A stretch of DNA of 64,000 nt from Macrostomum lignano (lineage: Eukaryota). A program made the position numbers and the translations under genes. The stretch's first letter is position 1. Each line of letters begins with the position of its first letter. Where the stretch lies: the NCBI GenBank assembly GCA_002269645.1, contig NIVC01000353.1, positions 558,001 through 622,000 of the forward strand. Reading direction: 5' to 3'. Shown here piece by piece: positions 49,651 to 64,000 of the stretch. A model generated the notes under the pieces. It saw only the letters and a program-made list of their open reading frames with translations. It had not been told where the DNA came from and did not search any database.

Positions 49651-50044
49651 TGTTCATCTGTTTACCAGAGATGCTCAGCACGGATTTGCTAGCAATCATC
49701 CCCTGTTTTTGGGTTTTGGGAGATGCAGGTTTTAGGATGACTTAAGTCTCCCTGGTTCAGACAGACTGCCATTGGCTGGGAGCAGCTGGGATGTGGATGG
49801 CGAGATATGGGATTTAGTAAATAAGAATGGAAAATTCAGACTCAGTTCGAACTCATGAATTTCTGCTGTCGAACCAGCCGAAGAACCGAGCGCACAGCGG
49901 TTCTGGATCCTGCGCGATGCAGCTCAGCAGGAGGCGCGATGCGATGTCAGTTGAAATTGACCACCAGGGCGAATACGCTTCTGCGGGTGCCAGCCCGGTG
50001 AAGATCAAATCCGTTGGACTGTCGCAAAAAGTGAGCCGATTAGG

Positions 50045-50960
50045 GTGACAGATTGGTGTGACAATGAGGGGGAGAGATTGCCAGATCAGTGTGACAATGA
50101 CGGGCGGAGAGAGTGACTGATTTGTGTGACAATGCGGGGAGAGAGTGACAGATCGGTGTGAAAATGCGGGGAAAGAGTGACAGATCGGTGTGACAATAAT
50201 AGGGGAAAGAGTGACAGATCGGTGCGACAATAAGAATAGAGAGAGTGATAGATCGGTGTGACAAAAAGTGGGGAGAGAGTGACAGATCGGTGTGACAATA
50301 ATAGGGGAAAGAGTGACAGATCGGTGCGACAATAAAAATAGAGAGAGTGATAGATCGGTGTGACAAAAAGAGGGGAGAGAGTGACAGATCGGTGTGACAA
50401 TAATAGGGGAAAGAGTGACAGATCGGTGCGACAATAAGGATAGAGAGAGTGATAGATCGGTGTGACAATAAGAGGGGAAAGAGTGACAGATCGGTGTGAC
50501 AATAAGAGGGGAAAGAGTGACAGATCGGTGTGACAATAAGAGGGGAGAGAGTGACAGATCGGTGTGACAATGCGGGGAAAGAGTGACAGATCGGTGCGAC
50601 AATAAGAATAGAGAGAGTGATAGATCGGTGTGACAATAAGAGGGGAAAGAGTGACAGATCGGTGTGACAATAATAGGGGAAAGAGTGACAGATCGGTGTG
50701 ACAATGCGGGGAAAGAGTGACAGATCGGTGTGACAATAAGAGGGGAAAGAGTGACAGATCGGTGTGACAATAAGAGGGGAAAGAGTGACAGATCGGTGTG
50801 ACAATAAGAGGGGAAAGAGTGACAGATCGGTGTGACAATAAGAGGGGAAAAAGTGACAGATCGTGTGACAATAAGAGGGGAAAGAGTGACAGATCGGTGT
50901 GACAATGCGGGGAGAGAGTGACAGATCGGTGTGACAATGCGGGAATAGAGTAACAGATCA
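50045..50960. repeat. ~34-bp minisatellite (GTGACAGATCGGTGTGACAATAAGAGGGGAAAGA)
   Basis: Read directly. Confidence 0.95.
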
Positions 50961-51661
50961 GCAGGTGTTGACTTCATCTCATTGCCAACTGTGACCAGCT
51001 CAGCCACCCCGTCATACCGAAGCGCTAATAAAGTTGCTCTACGAAGACTGCGAAACGCTTCACCCAAACGGTAGAAAAAATTCGGATTGCCAACTTTGCG
51101 GTGCAAAAGGTTCAGCCCTACGAATAGATACGGCTTGAGTAGAAAACCAACACGAACTGAACTCCAGATATCGTAAATTTTGCCATGTCACAGACTTAGC
51201 AGACCCTATAAAAGTGTCCCTAAACTACCCTAAGAAAAGCTATTTTTCACTCGCAGCAATATCTTTGGTCTAATCATTTCGTTGGAGATATCATAAGCGT
51301 GTCGGATGGCGTCCCAGCGAGCGCATCGGGTCAAACAGCAGAAGGTAGGCCGCCCGTTTCCGCTTGTCTGCAGAGCTCACAGACTCAGAGCTCATGCGAG
51401 AGTAGTTCAACTGATCCGGCTTTAAACTCACGAAATCATGGAGCACTTGGGCTATGGGGAGCTGAAACTGCAGCTTCTGGAATCCTCATTTGTTTAACTC
51501 TGAAAGCTAACACCGGAATAAACAAAGCGTTATCTGGATGACCTCATTTAGCTCATCGGACTCTGAGAATCCTTTGAAGTTTACCGAAACTCTGTGGGCT
51601 GATGATAGAGGCTTAGCGATAATGTTAGCTGCATTTCCATTGCAGTATATATTGCCGTCTG

Positions 51662-51775
<114 letters not shown>

Positions 51776-52514
51776 GTTTCGGACAGGCTGACTCAGTTGT
51801 TAACTCAAGCCTGAACTCAATTCCTTCAGCCGGAGACGTTGGCAGAGCGGCATAAATAAAGAAAAATAGCTTCCAGTTGAGAGCAGGTGGCTGCAGTGTG
51901 GCCCAGCTCTGGCAGTCTTATCTATTCCAAGCGCGGTAGAATCGCGGTCACTGGCTGCATGAAGTGTTTTTATGCCAGTCTTTATCAAGTCAAGATTGAG
52001 CAGCGCGCCAAGTCACTAAGGCGCCTAGAAACGTTTTTCATGTCGAAAAAAAGTTCTGCAACTAATGCTTAAGAAGTGCATCTTAGTAATGTATGCCTCG
52101 CTTTTTGAGCAGATAAACAAACTTAAATTTAAAATTCACATTGAAGAGGTTATCTCAGGATTAGTGAGGAATTAGATTTTCCTCTTCAAAATCGAGGGCT
52201 AATAATGGGATCAGAATGTAGCACGGACAGCGCGGGAGCAATGGAGATCGGCATCAGAAAAATGCAAAGTGGCTCTTGCTTTTCAGTTCCACTAATTCTT
52301 TGAGAGTCTCTTGAGCTTCGACTTAATTCTCCCTCCCTTTTGTGCTCAAAACACTATCCCGAATTTCGGACTCCCAGTTGAGCGCAAGGATCAAGAAGTC
52401 TGCCTTCCACTTCTGTCTGTCTTCTTAATTTGATCCTGGCGCTTCATTGAACTGCATTCTGACTAATTATGCTGTTCTTGGATATCCCATCAGTCAGTTC
52501 AGCTGGTTAGAAGA

Positions 52515-52815
52515 GAGAGGTGGGGTAGGGGAGAGAGGTGGTGGATATAGGAAAGAGGGAAAGTAGGGGGTAGGGGAGAGAGATGGGGTAGGGTAGAGAG
52601 GGGGTAGGATAAGGGAGAGAGGTGGGGTAGGGGAGAGAGGAGGTGGGGTAGGGGAGAGAGGAGGTGGGGTAGGGGAGAGAAAAGGTGGGGTAGGGGAGAG
52701 AAAAGGTGGGGTAGGGGAGAGAAAAGGTGGGGTAGGGGAGAGAGAAGGTGGGGTAGGGGAGAGAAAAGGTGGGGTAGGGGAGAGAAAAGGTGGGGTAGGG
52801 GAGAGAGGGGGGTAA
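52515..52815. repeat. ~21-bp G-rich minisatellite (AGGTGGGGTAGGGGAGAGAAA)
   Basis: Read directly. Confidence 0.9.
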
Positions 52816-52837
52816 GGGCGCAGAAACAAGGTAACAG

Positions 52838-52974
52838 ATGAGATAAGTGCAAGAAGGAGACTCCCGCCGCCGCCGCCGCCGCCGCCGCTGCCCCGAGAAC
52901 CGAAAGTCGGCGCCGCCGATCATTTGTCTTATCTCATAAGAGTTGTGGGGTCGGGTTTGAAGAGTCTGAGATGG
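52838..52974 (+). CDS. Candidate internal exon (EISARRRLPPPPPPPLPREPKVGAADHLSYLIRVVGSGLKSLRW)
   Basis: Open frame between AACAG| and |GTGAGA, ending in phase 0, which is compatible with exon 55042-55205. The acceptor lacks a pyrimidine tract. Confidence 0.3.
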
Positions 52975-53212
52975 GTGAGACGGAGAGACGGGAACATAAA
53001 GCCGCTGCAATCAAAATTATTTACCTTTTTTCGGAGAGAAAATAGCAGCCCGACTGATTTTGCAGCTACAAATGCACTTTTGTTCGCACGCATCAAAATC
53101 TGATCTCTTTGAAACCCGCCCAAAAGCCAGAGAGTATATGAAACAAACAAAGTGGCAGAGTGGCTAAATGCTGAGCATCTATTTGTCTCCTAATAAGCAT
53201 TTAATATTTTCA

Positions 53213-53985
<773 letters not shown>

Positions 53986-54549
53986 GGGAGAGATTTTGTA
54001 CTCATTTTGAAGTACCCGCTGGGCCGAGAGAACCCGCCAATGCTAACTAATTGTTTTCAGTCATAGCAAAATTCAAAGGGCATTTGATCCTCTGCAAGTC
54101 TCAATTATGCGCATAGCAGTGCCTAAAAGCAGGGATTTGTTATCTAGAAATCCTTCAACTGAAGAGGTTCAGGAAGCCAGAACGAATGCGCAGAGCTTAA
54201 ACAAAGCCGGATTTCGAATGCCCCACCCCAAGAACCAGGCAATCAGCGGGAAATAGGAGGTGAAAGACGGAAATCTGACAACCCAAAGCGGGATGAGAGG
54301 GAATCACGAAGGCACTCACAGGGAAACAAACGGGCAGGAGACTAAGCACTTTGTCGCAGGACAACAGAAGCTGAAATTAAATTTCCGCAACTTTTATTGT
54401 GACACTTGGCAACCTGTCTAAGACTTCAAGGCTGCTGTTGGGCTAATCTTCTGATAATAAAAGCAGATTTACTTTTTCAAATTACCGTTACTTACAGCTG
54501 TGACTGACAGCCTAAATTGCACTAGTTGCCTTACTCTCAAATCATCAGC

Positions 54550-55000
54550 CTCACAGCCCAAACACCCAGTTCACTCCCGAAACTCCCATCTCACTCCCAA
54601 CACACCCACCTCACTCCCAAAACACCAACCTCACTCCCAAAACACCCACCTCACTCCCAAAACACCCACCTCACTCCCAAAACACCAACCTCACTCCCAA
54701 AACACCCACCTCACTCCCAAAACACCCACCTCACTCCCAAAACACCCACCTCACCACAAACACCAACCTCACTCCCCAAACACCCACCTCACCACAAACA
54801 CCAACCTCACTCCCCAAACACCCATTTCATGCCCCAAACACCCACCTCACTCCCAAAACACCCACCTCACCCCCAAACACCCACCTCATCCCCCAAACAC
54901 CCACCTCACTCCCCAAACGCCCACCTTACTCCTTAAACACCCACCTCACTCCCCAAACGCCCACCTCAGCCCCCAAACACCCACCTCACTTTCCAAACAA
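54550..55000. repeat. 20-bp C-rich minisatellite (CACCCACCTCACTCCCAAAA)
   Basis: Read directly. Confidence 0.92.
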
Positions 55001-55041
55001 AAAAATCTAAATTCTTTCGGAAACCCATCGCCAATCAGCAG

Positions 55042-55205
55042 GACTTCTTGGCCCCGCCGGGATCTCAGGAGAGGCGCCACTCAGATCACGGAGCCTACCG
55101 CCGAGCAGGAGGCAACGGTGGCGCTAGCGCTGGCGGCAGCGGTGTCTCGCCAATCCGAACCATGGTGATTAGCGCGCCAAGAATTCAGATCACGTCGTCA
55201 AGGAA
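55042..55205 (+). CDS. Candidate internal exon (DFLAPPGSQERRHSDHGAYRRAGGNGG...PRIQITSSR)
   Basis: GC-rich open frame between CAGCAG| and |GTGAGC. Confidence 0.35.
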
Positions 55206-55556
55206 GTGAGCAAAAAGTCGTTGTATACTGTATTATTGATGTCGCGTAAACTTGAAACTACTAATAGTAGGTTTTATTAAATTTACTGTGCATAGCGTAC
55301 CTGTGTACAGTATTGACATGCCTGTATGTGCTCAGAATCGTCTCAGAGCTGGTTGTGGGAAGAATGTCGCAGAAGGCGTTGCCCTCAGCTATTTTCAATT
55401 TCTCTGCCTGGCAACTTTAGTGTTGAAACTTTTTTGAAAAAACTGCAAAACAAACTAATCAGTCTACTATCTAGCTTATGTGCAGTAGCACATTTTTGTT
55501 GTTGTAGTTGTAGCATATTGGTTGTCGCACACGAGTGCCGGATAAAAATTCAAGTG

Positions 55557-56560
55557 GGGAGACAGTGACAGGAGACAGTGACAGGAGACAGTGACAGGAA
55601 ACAGTGACAGGAGACAGTGACAGGAGACAGTGACAGGAGACAGTGACAGGAGACAGTGACAGGAGACAGTGACAGGAGACAGTGACAGGAGACAGTGACA
55701 GGAGACAGTGACAGGAGACAGTGACAGGAGACAGTGACAGGAGACAGTGACAGGAGACAGTGACAGGAGACAGTGTCAGGAGATATCAGGCAGACAGTGA
55801 CAGGAGACAGTGACAGGAGACAGTGACAGGAGACAGTGACAGGAGACAGTGACAGGAGACAGTGACAGGAGACAGTGACAGGAGACAGTGACAGGAGAGA
55901 TCAGGCAGACAGTGACAGGAGACAGTGTCAGGAGAGATCAGGCAGACAGTGACAGGAGACAGTGTCAGGAGATATCAGGCAGACAGTGACAGGAAACAGT
56001 GACATGAGACAGTGTCAGGAGATATCAGGCAGACAGTGACAGGAGACAGTGACAGGAAACAGTGACAGGAGACAGTGTCAGGAGATATCAGGCAGACAGT
56101 GACAGGAGACAGTGTCAGGAGAGATCAGGCAGACAGTGACAGGAGACAGTGTCAGGAGATATCAGGCAGACAGTGACAGGAGACAGTGTCAGGAGATATC
56201 AGGCAGACAGTGACAGGAGACAGTGACAGGAAACAGTGTCAGGAGATATCAGGCAGACAGTGACAGGAGACAGTGACAGGAAACAGTGACAGGAGACAGT
56301 GTCAGGAGATATCAGGCAGACAGTGACAGGAGACAGTGTCAGGAGAGATCAGGCAGACAGTGACAGGAGACAGTGTCAGGAGATATCAGGCAGACAGTGA
56401 CAGGAGACAGTGTCAGGAGATATCAGGCAGACAGTGACAGGAGACAGTGTCAGGAGATATCAGGCAGACAGTGACAGGAGACAGTGACAGGAGACAGTGA
56501 CAGGAGACTGTGACAGGAAACAGTGTCAGGAGACAGTGTCAGGAGATATCAGGCAGACAG
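55557..56560. repeat. 13-bp minisatellite (GACAGTGACAGGA) with compound variants
   Basis: Read directly. Confidence 0.95.
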
Positions 56561-57239
56561 TGCTGCCCTGGAGTAAAAAATGCATGCATTTTCCCACCCA
56601 GCTCATGCTCCCAGGACACGCGAGGCAGGCAAGGCTTGATTCTGGAACAGGACAGACCCCAACCCACACGCGGCCCACAATTCGCTGCCTGACTAATTCA
56701 TGATCACGCCGAGCCATTAGCGAAAAATTTTAAGAGCCTCCCTGTTTGGGAGGGATGGTGAATGCAGCTCCACTCCGCTACAGGGACCTCAGCTTTCTGA
56801 ATTCTAAATTCTGCATTCCAACCCGGCCCTGCTATCTTACAGGCAGTCACACTCGACTACAAAGCCCCATTTTCTTCTCAGTCTACAGTCGCTGCCACAG
56901 CACGCCTCGATGTGCGCACAACTTACCCCTTAATCCGCTGCTGACAATTGCCGCTGGCAGATTCGGGAATCTGATAGGCCCCCGTGCGAGCCTGATGGCG
57001 TGGCCTGGCTCAGAGATTCAGATTTTTTGTGCTCCATACATCCATTTCTTTCTGCCTGACTCTTATACATTTGAATAATTTTGATGTGTTTTTTGCATCT
57101 GGGTAGCATCGTATCAATCTGGGTGGTGTCTGCGCGTGAAATTTAATGCTCAAAAAGCTTTTCTCATGCTGTAGAATTTGAGTACACAGCGAATTTCTGC
57201 TGCTTTTTAGAAACCTCTTCCCCGATATTAGCTCTTCAC

Positions 57240-57600
57240 TCTCGCTTTCGCCTCTTCCTCTCCTCTCTCTCTCCTTTTTCTCTTCTATCTACCACTCTCC
57301 TCTCCTCTCTACCTCTTCTATCTACCTCTCTCCTCTCCTCTCCTCTCTCTCTTCTATCTCCATCTTTCTTCTCTCCTCACTCCACCTCTTCTCCCTCTCT
57401 CTCCTCTACTCACTCCTTCTTCTGTCTCCCTCTCTCTTCTCTTCTTCTCTTCTCTCCTCTCTCTCTTCTATCTACATGTACCTCTCTCCTCTACTCTCTC
57501 TCTTCTATCTCCCTCTCTCTCCTTTCCTCTCTCTCTTCTGTCTACCTCTTCTCTCCCCCTCTCTCTCCTCTACTCTCTCCCTTTGCTCTCCAAATTCATA
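57240..57600. repeat. CT-rich low-complexity tract
   Basis: Read directly. Confidence 0.85.
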
Positions 57601-58504
57601 CATGTATTCTCCCTCTTCATGTTAGCCTTGGGAAAGAATATAAAATATTCGAAATATCGGCACTTACAGCGCTTAAACATATTTGTTAACATTTCAGTGC
57701 TTTGGTGGGCTTGAACACTTTTCCTTTTCTCCCCCTCTCCTTTTCCTCTCCCCTCTCTACCTCTCCTCTCTCTTATCTCTCTCTTTTCTCACAGGCTACC
57801 CATTCGAGGTAACTTCAAGTACTTTTCCCACCTTTTGAAAAACTATAAATATTTTTCTACCATTAAAGCCCGGCTTTCTTCCTCCTCAGTGAGGATATTT
57901 TTTGCTCAAAATCATTCATCTGAAACGAGAAAGATTTGGATGCAAAAATAATTGCTGCTTTGAGGCTGCTGCACCAGAGACCCGCTTGGCTGAGCACAAG
58001 GAACACAGGTGAATGCAAAACTCAAAGAGGGATGTAGGGGAGAAGGGAGCTTGCCAAGGTGGCTTCGCCAATTTGCCCAGGAAATCGGCCCCAAACCTCC
58101 CCCGCCACTTAAAATTGCTTGCCTCCTCTACCTGGTTTTTAGCAGCTGGCTTCCGTATTTCTTTGTGTTTGACTTCCTGCCTCAGTAGGGGAGCGAGGAG
58201 GATGATTTAGGTAACGCCTCTTGCACCTGCTTCTTAAATCCCAGGTGCGCCAGAATCACTGCGGGATTAATAATCATTATTTTAATTTTTATCATTTTGA
58301 TTGCTGCAAATTTGGCTCTGAATCGAAACCTATTTTGTTTGAAAATCCTGGCTAACAGAATGAAAGTGTTTCATTTTTTGATCGAATCCTCTGCAATAAT
58401 TTGTCCCCTAAACAGTGTAGGGGAAAAGCTGCATACACAGCCAGAAACGACCTCCTATCTCCATGTGGCGCTGTAACTTAAATATATAAACCTTTGAACA
58501 CGCG

Positions 58505-61410
58505 ACGACTCCCAGAAACACAACCCTAATCAGACACGACAACTCACAGAAACACAACCCTAATCAGACACGACAACTCACAGAAACACAACCCTAATCA
58601 GACACGACAACTCACAGAAACACAACCCTAATCAGACACGACAACTCACAGAAACACAACCCTAATCAGACACGACAACTCACAGAAACACAACCCTAAT
58701 CAGATACGACAACTCACAGAAACACAACCCTCATTAGACACGACAACTCACAGAAACACAACCCTCCTTAGACACGACAACTCACAGAAACACAACCCTA
58801 ATCAGACACGACAACTCACAGAAACACAACCCTAATCAGACACGACAACTCACAGAAACACAACCCTCATTAGACACGACAACTCACAGAAACACAACCC
58901 TCCTTAGACACGACAACTCACAGAAACACAACCCTAATCAGACACGACAACTCACAGAAACACAACCCTAATCAGACACGACAACTCACAGAAACACAAC
59001 CCTAATCAGACACGACAACTCACAGAAACACAACCCTAATCAGACACGACAACTCACAGAAACACAACCCTAATCAGACACGACAACTCACAGAAACACA
59101 ACCCTAATCAGACACGACAACTCACAGAAACACAACCCTAATCAGACACGACAACTCACAGAAACACAACCCTAATCAGACACGACAACTCACAGAAACA
59201 CAACCCTAATCAGACACGACAACTCACAGAAACACAACCCTAATCAGACACGACAACTCACAGAAACACAACCCTAATCAGACACGACAACTCACAGAAA
59301 CACAACCCTAATCAGACACGACAACTCACAGAAACACAACCCTAATCAGACACGACAAATCACAGAAACACAACCCTAATCAGACACGACAACTCACAGA
59401 AACACAACCCTAATCAGACACGACAACTCACAGAAACACAACCCTAATCAGACACGACAACTCACAGAAACACAACCCTAATCAGACACGAAAAAACACA
59501 GAAACACAACCCTAATCAGACACGACAACTCACAGAAACACAACCCTAATCAGACACGACAACTCACAGAAACACAACCCTAATCAGACACGACAACTCA
59601 CAGAAACACAACCCTAATCAGACACGACAACTCACAGAAACACAACCCTAATCAGACACGACAACTCACAGAAACAAAACCCTAATCAGACACGACAAAT
59701 CACAGAAACACAACCCTAATCAGACACGACAACTCACAGAAACACAACCCTAATCAGACACGACAACTCACAGAAACACAACCCTAATCAGACACGACAA
59801 CTCACAGAAACACAACCCTAATCAGACACGACAACTCACAGAAACACAACCCTAATCAGACACGACAACTCCCAGAAACACAACCCTCATTAGACACGAC
59901 AACTCACAGAAACACAACCCTAATCAGACACGACAACTCACAGAAACACAACCCTAATCAGACACGACAACTCACAGAAACACAACCCTAATCAGACACG
60001 ACAACTCACAGAAACACAACCCTAATCAGACACGACAACTCACAGAAACACAACCCTCATTAGACACGACAACTCACAGAAACACAACCCTCCTTAGACA
60101 CGACAACTCACAGAAACACAACCCTAATCAGACACGACAACTCACAGAAACACAACCCTAATCAGACACGACAACTCACAGAAACACAACCCTAATCAGA
60201 CACGACAACTCACAGAAACACAACCCTAATCAGACACGACAAATCACAGAAACACAACCCTAATCAGACACGACAACTCACAGAAACACAACCCTAATCA
60301 GACACGACAACTCACAGAAACACAACCCTAATCAGACACGACAACTCACAGAAACACAACCCTAATCAGACACGACAACTCACAGAAACACAACCCTAAT
60401 CAGACACGACAACTCACAGAAACACAACCCTAATCAGACACGACAACTCACAGAAACACAACCCTAATCAGACACGACAACTCACAGAAACACAACCCTA
60501 ATCAGACACGACAACTCACAGAAACACAACCCTAATCAGACACGACAACTCACAGAAACACAACCCTAATCAGACACGACAACTCACAGAAACACAACCC
60601 TAATCAGACACGACAACTCACAGAAACACAACCCTAATCAGACACGACAACTCACAGAAACACAACCCTAATCAGACACGACAACTCACAGAAACACAAC
60701 CCTAATCAGACACGACAAATCACAGAAACACAACCCTAATCAGACACGACAACTCACAGAAACACAACCCTAATCAGACACGACAACTCACAGAAACACA
60801 ACCCTAATCAGACACGACAACTCACAGAAACACAACCCTAATCAGACACGACAACTCACAGAAACACAACCCTAATCAGACACGACAACTCACAGAAACA
60901 CAACCCTAATCAGACACGACAACTCACAGAAACACAACCCTAATCAGACACGACAACTCACAGAAACACAACCCTAATCAGACACGACAACTCACAGAAA
61001 CACAACCCTAATCAGACACGACAACTCACAGAAACACAACCCTAATCAGAAACGACAACTCACAGAAACACAACCCTAATCAGACACGACAACTCACAGA
61101 AACACAACCCTAATCAGACACGACAACTCACAGAAACACAACCCTAATCAGACACGACAAATCACAGAAACACAACCCTAATCAGACACGACAAATCACA
61201 GAAACACAACCCTAATCAGACACGACAACTCACAGAAACACAACCCTAATCAGACACGACAACTCACAGAAACACAACCCTAATCAGACACGACAAATCA
61301 CAGAAACACAACCCTAATCAGACACGACAAATCACAGAAACACAACCCTAATCAGACACGACAACTCACAGAAACACAACCCTAATCAGACACGACAAAT
61401 CACAGAAACA
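58505..61410. repeat. 34-bp satellite (CAACCCTAATCAGACACGACAACTCACAGAAACA), ~85 copies
   Basis: Period 34 and highly homogeneous. Each unit contains CCCTAA. Confidence 0.97.
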
Positions 61411-61941
61411 ATCTTCAATAGACCCAAATTCGCACAAGTGCAAGAGAAGCACAGAATCTCCACTTCAATCACGGATAATTTGGCATCGAAGAGCTTCAGG
61501 GATTTGCTCAATCAGTCCAAATCTGCCAAATCGGATTGTATCTGCAGAGCATTATCGCAACCAGCTCTACATCACTGCCAGTTAGACAGCAGATATTTGA
61601 GACAAAATCTGATTTTCATCAAATAAAACTCTCTTCAAAGGAATAGCAGCTAATGTAGAACTGGAGCAGCCTTAGAGAAGAGATTAGGGGGTAGTGTGGA
61701 GGGTCCTTGAGCAGCTGAAACGCTAATGACAAGCGAGGAACAGACGCGAGCATGCCCCAGAAGAGGCCGCTTGATGTATATCCATCTGTTTAAAAATCGT
61801 TCCTACATTTGTTCGTCCAATCAGAGAGCGTCCTCAAACTCGTATCTGCCGGACTCTATAAATCCAGATAACTCAAGCCCTTAGTTAAAATAAAATAGAG
61901 GTGTAAAACTAAATATTATTGAATAATTGAATAAGATAATT

Positions 61942-62192
61942 ATGGAAAACTCCGCTGAGGACTCGGCCTCATCGACTGGCGGCGGCGAGCAGCACCTGTG
62001 GAGCACTGGAAGCGGCTCGATCCGGCTAAAACCTCTGTCCGGTCCGACCATTGTTCTCGAGGGCGTGTCCGGCAAAATTCCCGGCAGCTTGCACAGCTTG
62101 TCCGACATGACGGAATGGCGAAAGAGGCGGCATCTGTTGAGAATCTCCAAGTCTGATTGTTCCACCAGCTTTCCTGGAAAATCGCGTTCTGG
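61942..62192 (+). CDS. Candidate coding exon (MENSAEDSASSTGGGEQHLW...EWRKRRHLLRISKSDCSTSFPGKSRS)
   Basis: GC-rich open frame ending at TGG|GTGAGA, followed by a minisatellite. No family recognised. Confidence 0.35.
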
Positions 62193-62214
62193 GTGAGAGG
62201 CGCTGAGAGAGAGG

Positions 62215-62850
62215 ATGTCAGACGGTTATGCAAATCCCAATTCATAACAATGTCAGACATTTAGGTAAATCTCAATTCACGACAACGTCAGACATTTATG
62301 TAAATCCCAATTCATAACAATGTCAGACATTTAGGTAAATCTCAATTCACGACAACGTCAGACATTTATGTAAATCCCAATTCATGACAATGTCAGACAT
62401 TTATGTAAATCTCAGTTCATGACTAATGTCAGACATTTATGTAAATCCCAATTCATAACAATGTCAGACATTTAGGTAAATCTCAATTCACGACAACTTC
62501 AGACATTTATGTAAATCCCAATTCATGACAATGTCAGACATTTATGGTAAATCCCAATTCATGACAATGTCAGACATTTAGGTAAATCTCAATTCATGAC
62601 AATGTCAGACATTTAGGTAAATCTCAATTCATGACAATGTCAGACATTTATGGTAAATCTCAATTCATGAAAATGTCAGACACTTATGGTAAATCTCAAT
62701 TCATGAAAATGTCAGACATTTATGGTAAATCTCAATTCATGAAAATGTCAGACATTTATGGTAAATCTCAATTCATGAAAATGTCAGACATTTAGGTAAA
62801 TCTCAATTCATGACAATGTCAGACATTTAGGTAAATCCCAACATTCAGGT
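62215..62850. repeat. ~35-bp minisatellite (TGTCAGACATTTAGGTAAATCTCAATTCATGACAA)
   Basis: Read directly. Confidence 0.92.
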
Positions 62851-64000
62851 AGTCCCAATCTCATTCAGGAGGTTAGAAAGACAGGTGATTTAATTAATTA
62901 ATACGCCTTGAGAGCAAGAAGTTATTCTGCCAAATTCGTCTGCCAAAATCATTACTTTCTCGATGTACTTTATCTCTCAGAGTCAACAGGGAAAGCAATT
63001 GCATGGAAATGACAATGGGGAAAACTCTTTCTGCAGCGAGGCAACAAGGAGACAGTCAAACAAGATGACTTGAAGCCGGATGAACTCAGCTAAGCAAAAA
63101 AGAGCATACCGGAAACTCTGCTCAGCACTACCAGTTCCTCCCAGCTCCCAGTGTCTCTTCTGTACAGCAAAGATTTGATTGCTTTGCAAGGGAAATCAAG
63201 GTTGTCACGAGCTGGTGAAGGGAGGAGAATGACAGAGCGTATTTGGGAACAATGGAGCAACCGATTGGTAGATGGTAGATGCAAGACTGGTGGTACTGTT
63301 TTCACTGCATTTCTGCCTATATAGTGCTGATTCCTGACCAGATGCAAGAGATTCAATTCGGTGCACAGACCCGCACTCATCCACACAACACACAATTTTC
63401 CACACCCGCCATTTTACCTTTTTACAAGCTACAATTTACCTAATAGCTTTAAACACTAGATGTGTGTTTTTACGGACGCTAGTCCTCTACCCGTCACAAG
63501 GTGCCTCGACCATCACAATGTTGCAGGTTTTGCAACATTGTGGCGGCTCAGAAATCTGACACTCTCTGTGTCTTTGTGAAGCCAATTCTTTGCTCTGAAG
63601 CAGAAAGACAGTCACGCGGTCTCAGAAATAAGTCTCGATGTGTTGTGTAGCCTGCTTCGAATTCTGCAAGACCTCTCGACAGCTGACACCCTTTAACAAG
63701 TCTCTTACACTGTCAGACCTTCGTTAGCAAAGTTCCGCGATAATCTTCATCGAATAGGATATTGAAAACCCCTTTTTGCGCTTAATTTCCTGAGCTGATA
63801 AAGCCAAAGGCAGGCCAGGTCATTATCTATTTACAAAGGGTGTTGACTGTGTCATCGAGCCGGTCCCAGTAGCCAAGATGAATGTTCACAAAGAGTTTTT
63901 GCAATTTTCTTGAATTCTACCTGGATCAGAGAAGGAGGGGGGCTAAGAAAGAAATAGACTCAAAAATAGTCAATAAGAAAAAGAGCTTTTTAGTTAGACT

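Noticed and set aside
52515-52815. G-quadruplex-forming arrays as functional elements (also the minus strand of 54550-55000)
   Set aside because: G4 potential follows trivially from the repeat unit, and nothing in the sequence indicates function.

Overview
This is eukaryotic DNA, most likely from an invertebrate metazoan (inferred from a spliceosomal-intron B9D2 gene, Penelope/Gypsy/MITE elements and dense satellites). The first 29 kb holds a tandem segmental duplication. Each copy carries an apparently uninterrupted ~6.8-kb reading frame (4542-11325 and 19517-26304). After repair of three single-base homopolymer deletions, each encodes a ~2,260-aa protein: two RRM-like repeats, 14 CCCH zinc fingers, a DEAH RNA helicase, an RRM/KH-like region, RING1-IBR with no RING2, an ADP-ribosyltransferase (PARP) domain and two WWE domains. 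This combines a ZAP/PARP12-like module set with a DEAH11/12-like helicase-RBR chassis in one polypeptide, and is the best candidate for a novel RNA-sensing innate-immune system here. Function is inferred, not shown. Between the copies lie a minisatellite, a decayed Penelope-like retroelement with inverted terminal repeats that each contain a hammerhead ribozyme core, a foldback and a SINE-like insertion. The rest of the window has a Gypsy integrase remnant, a two-exon B9D2 gene (GC-AG intron), two more MITE-like elements, many satellites, and GC-rich candidate exons of an unidentified plus-strand gene. All alignments and counts were done by eye.
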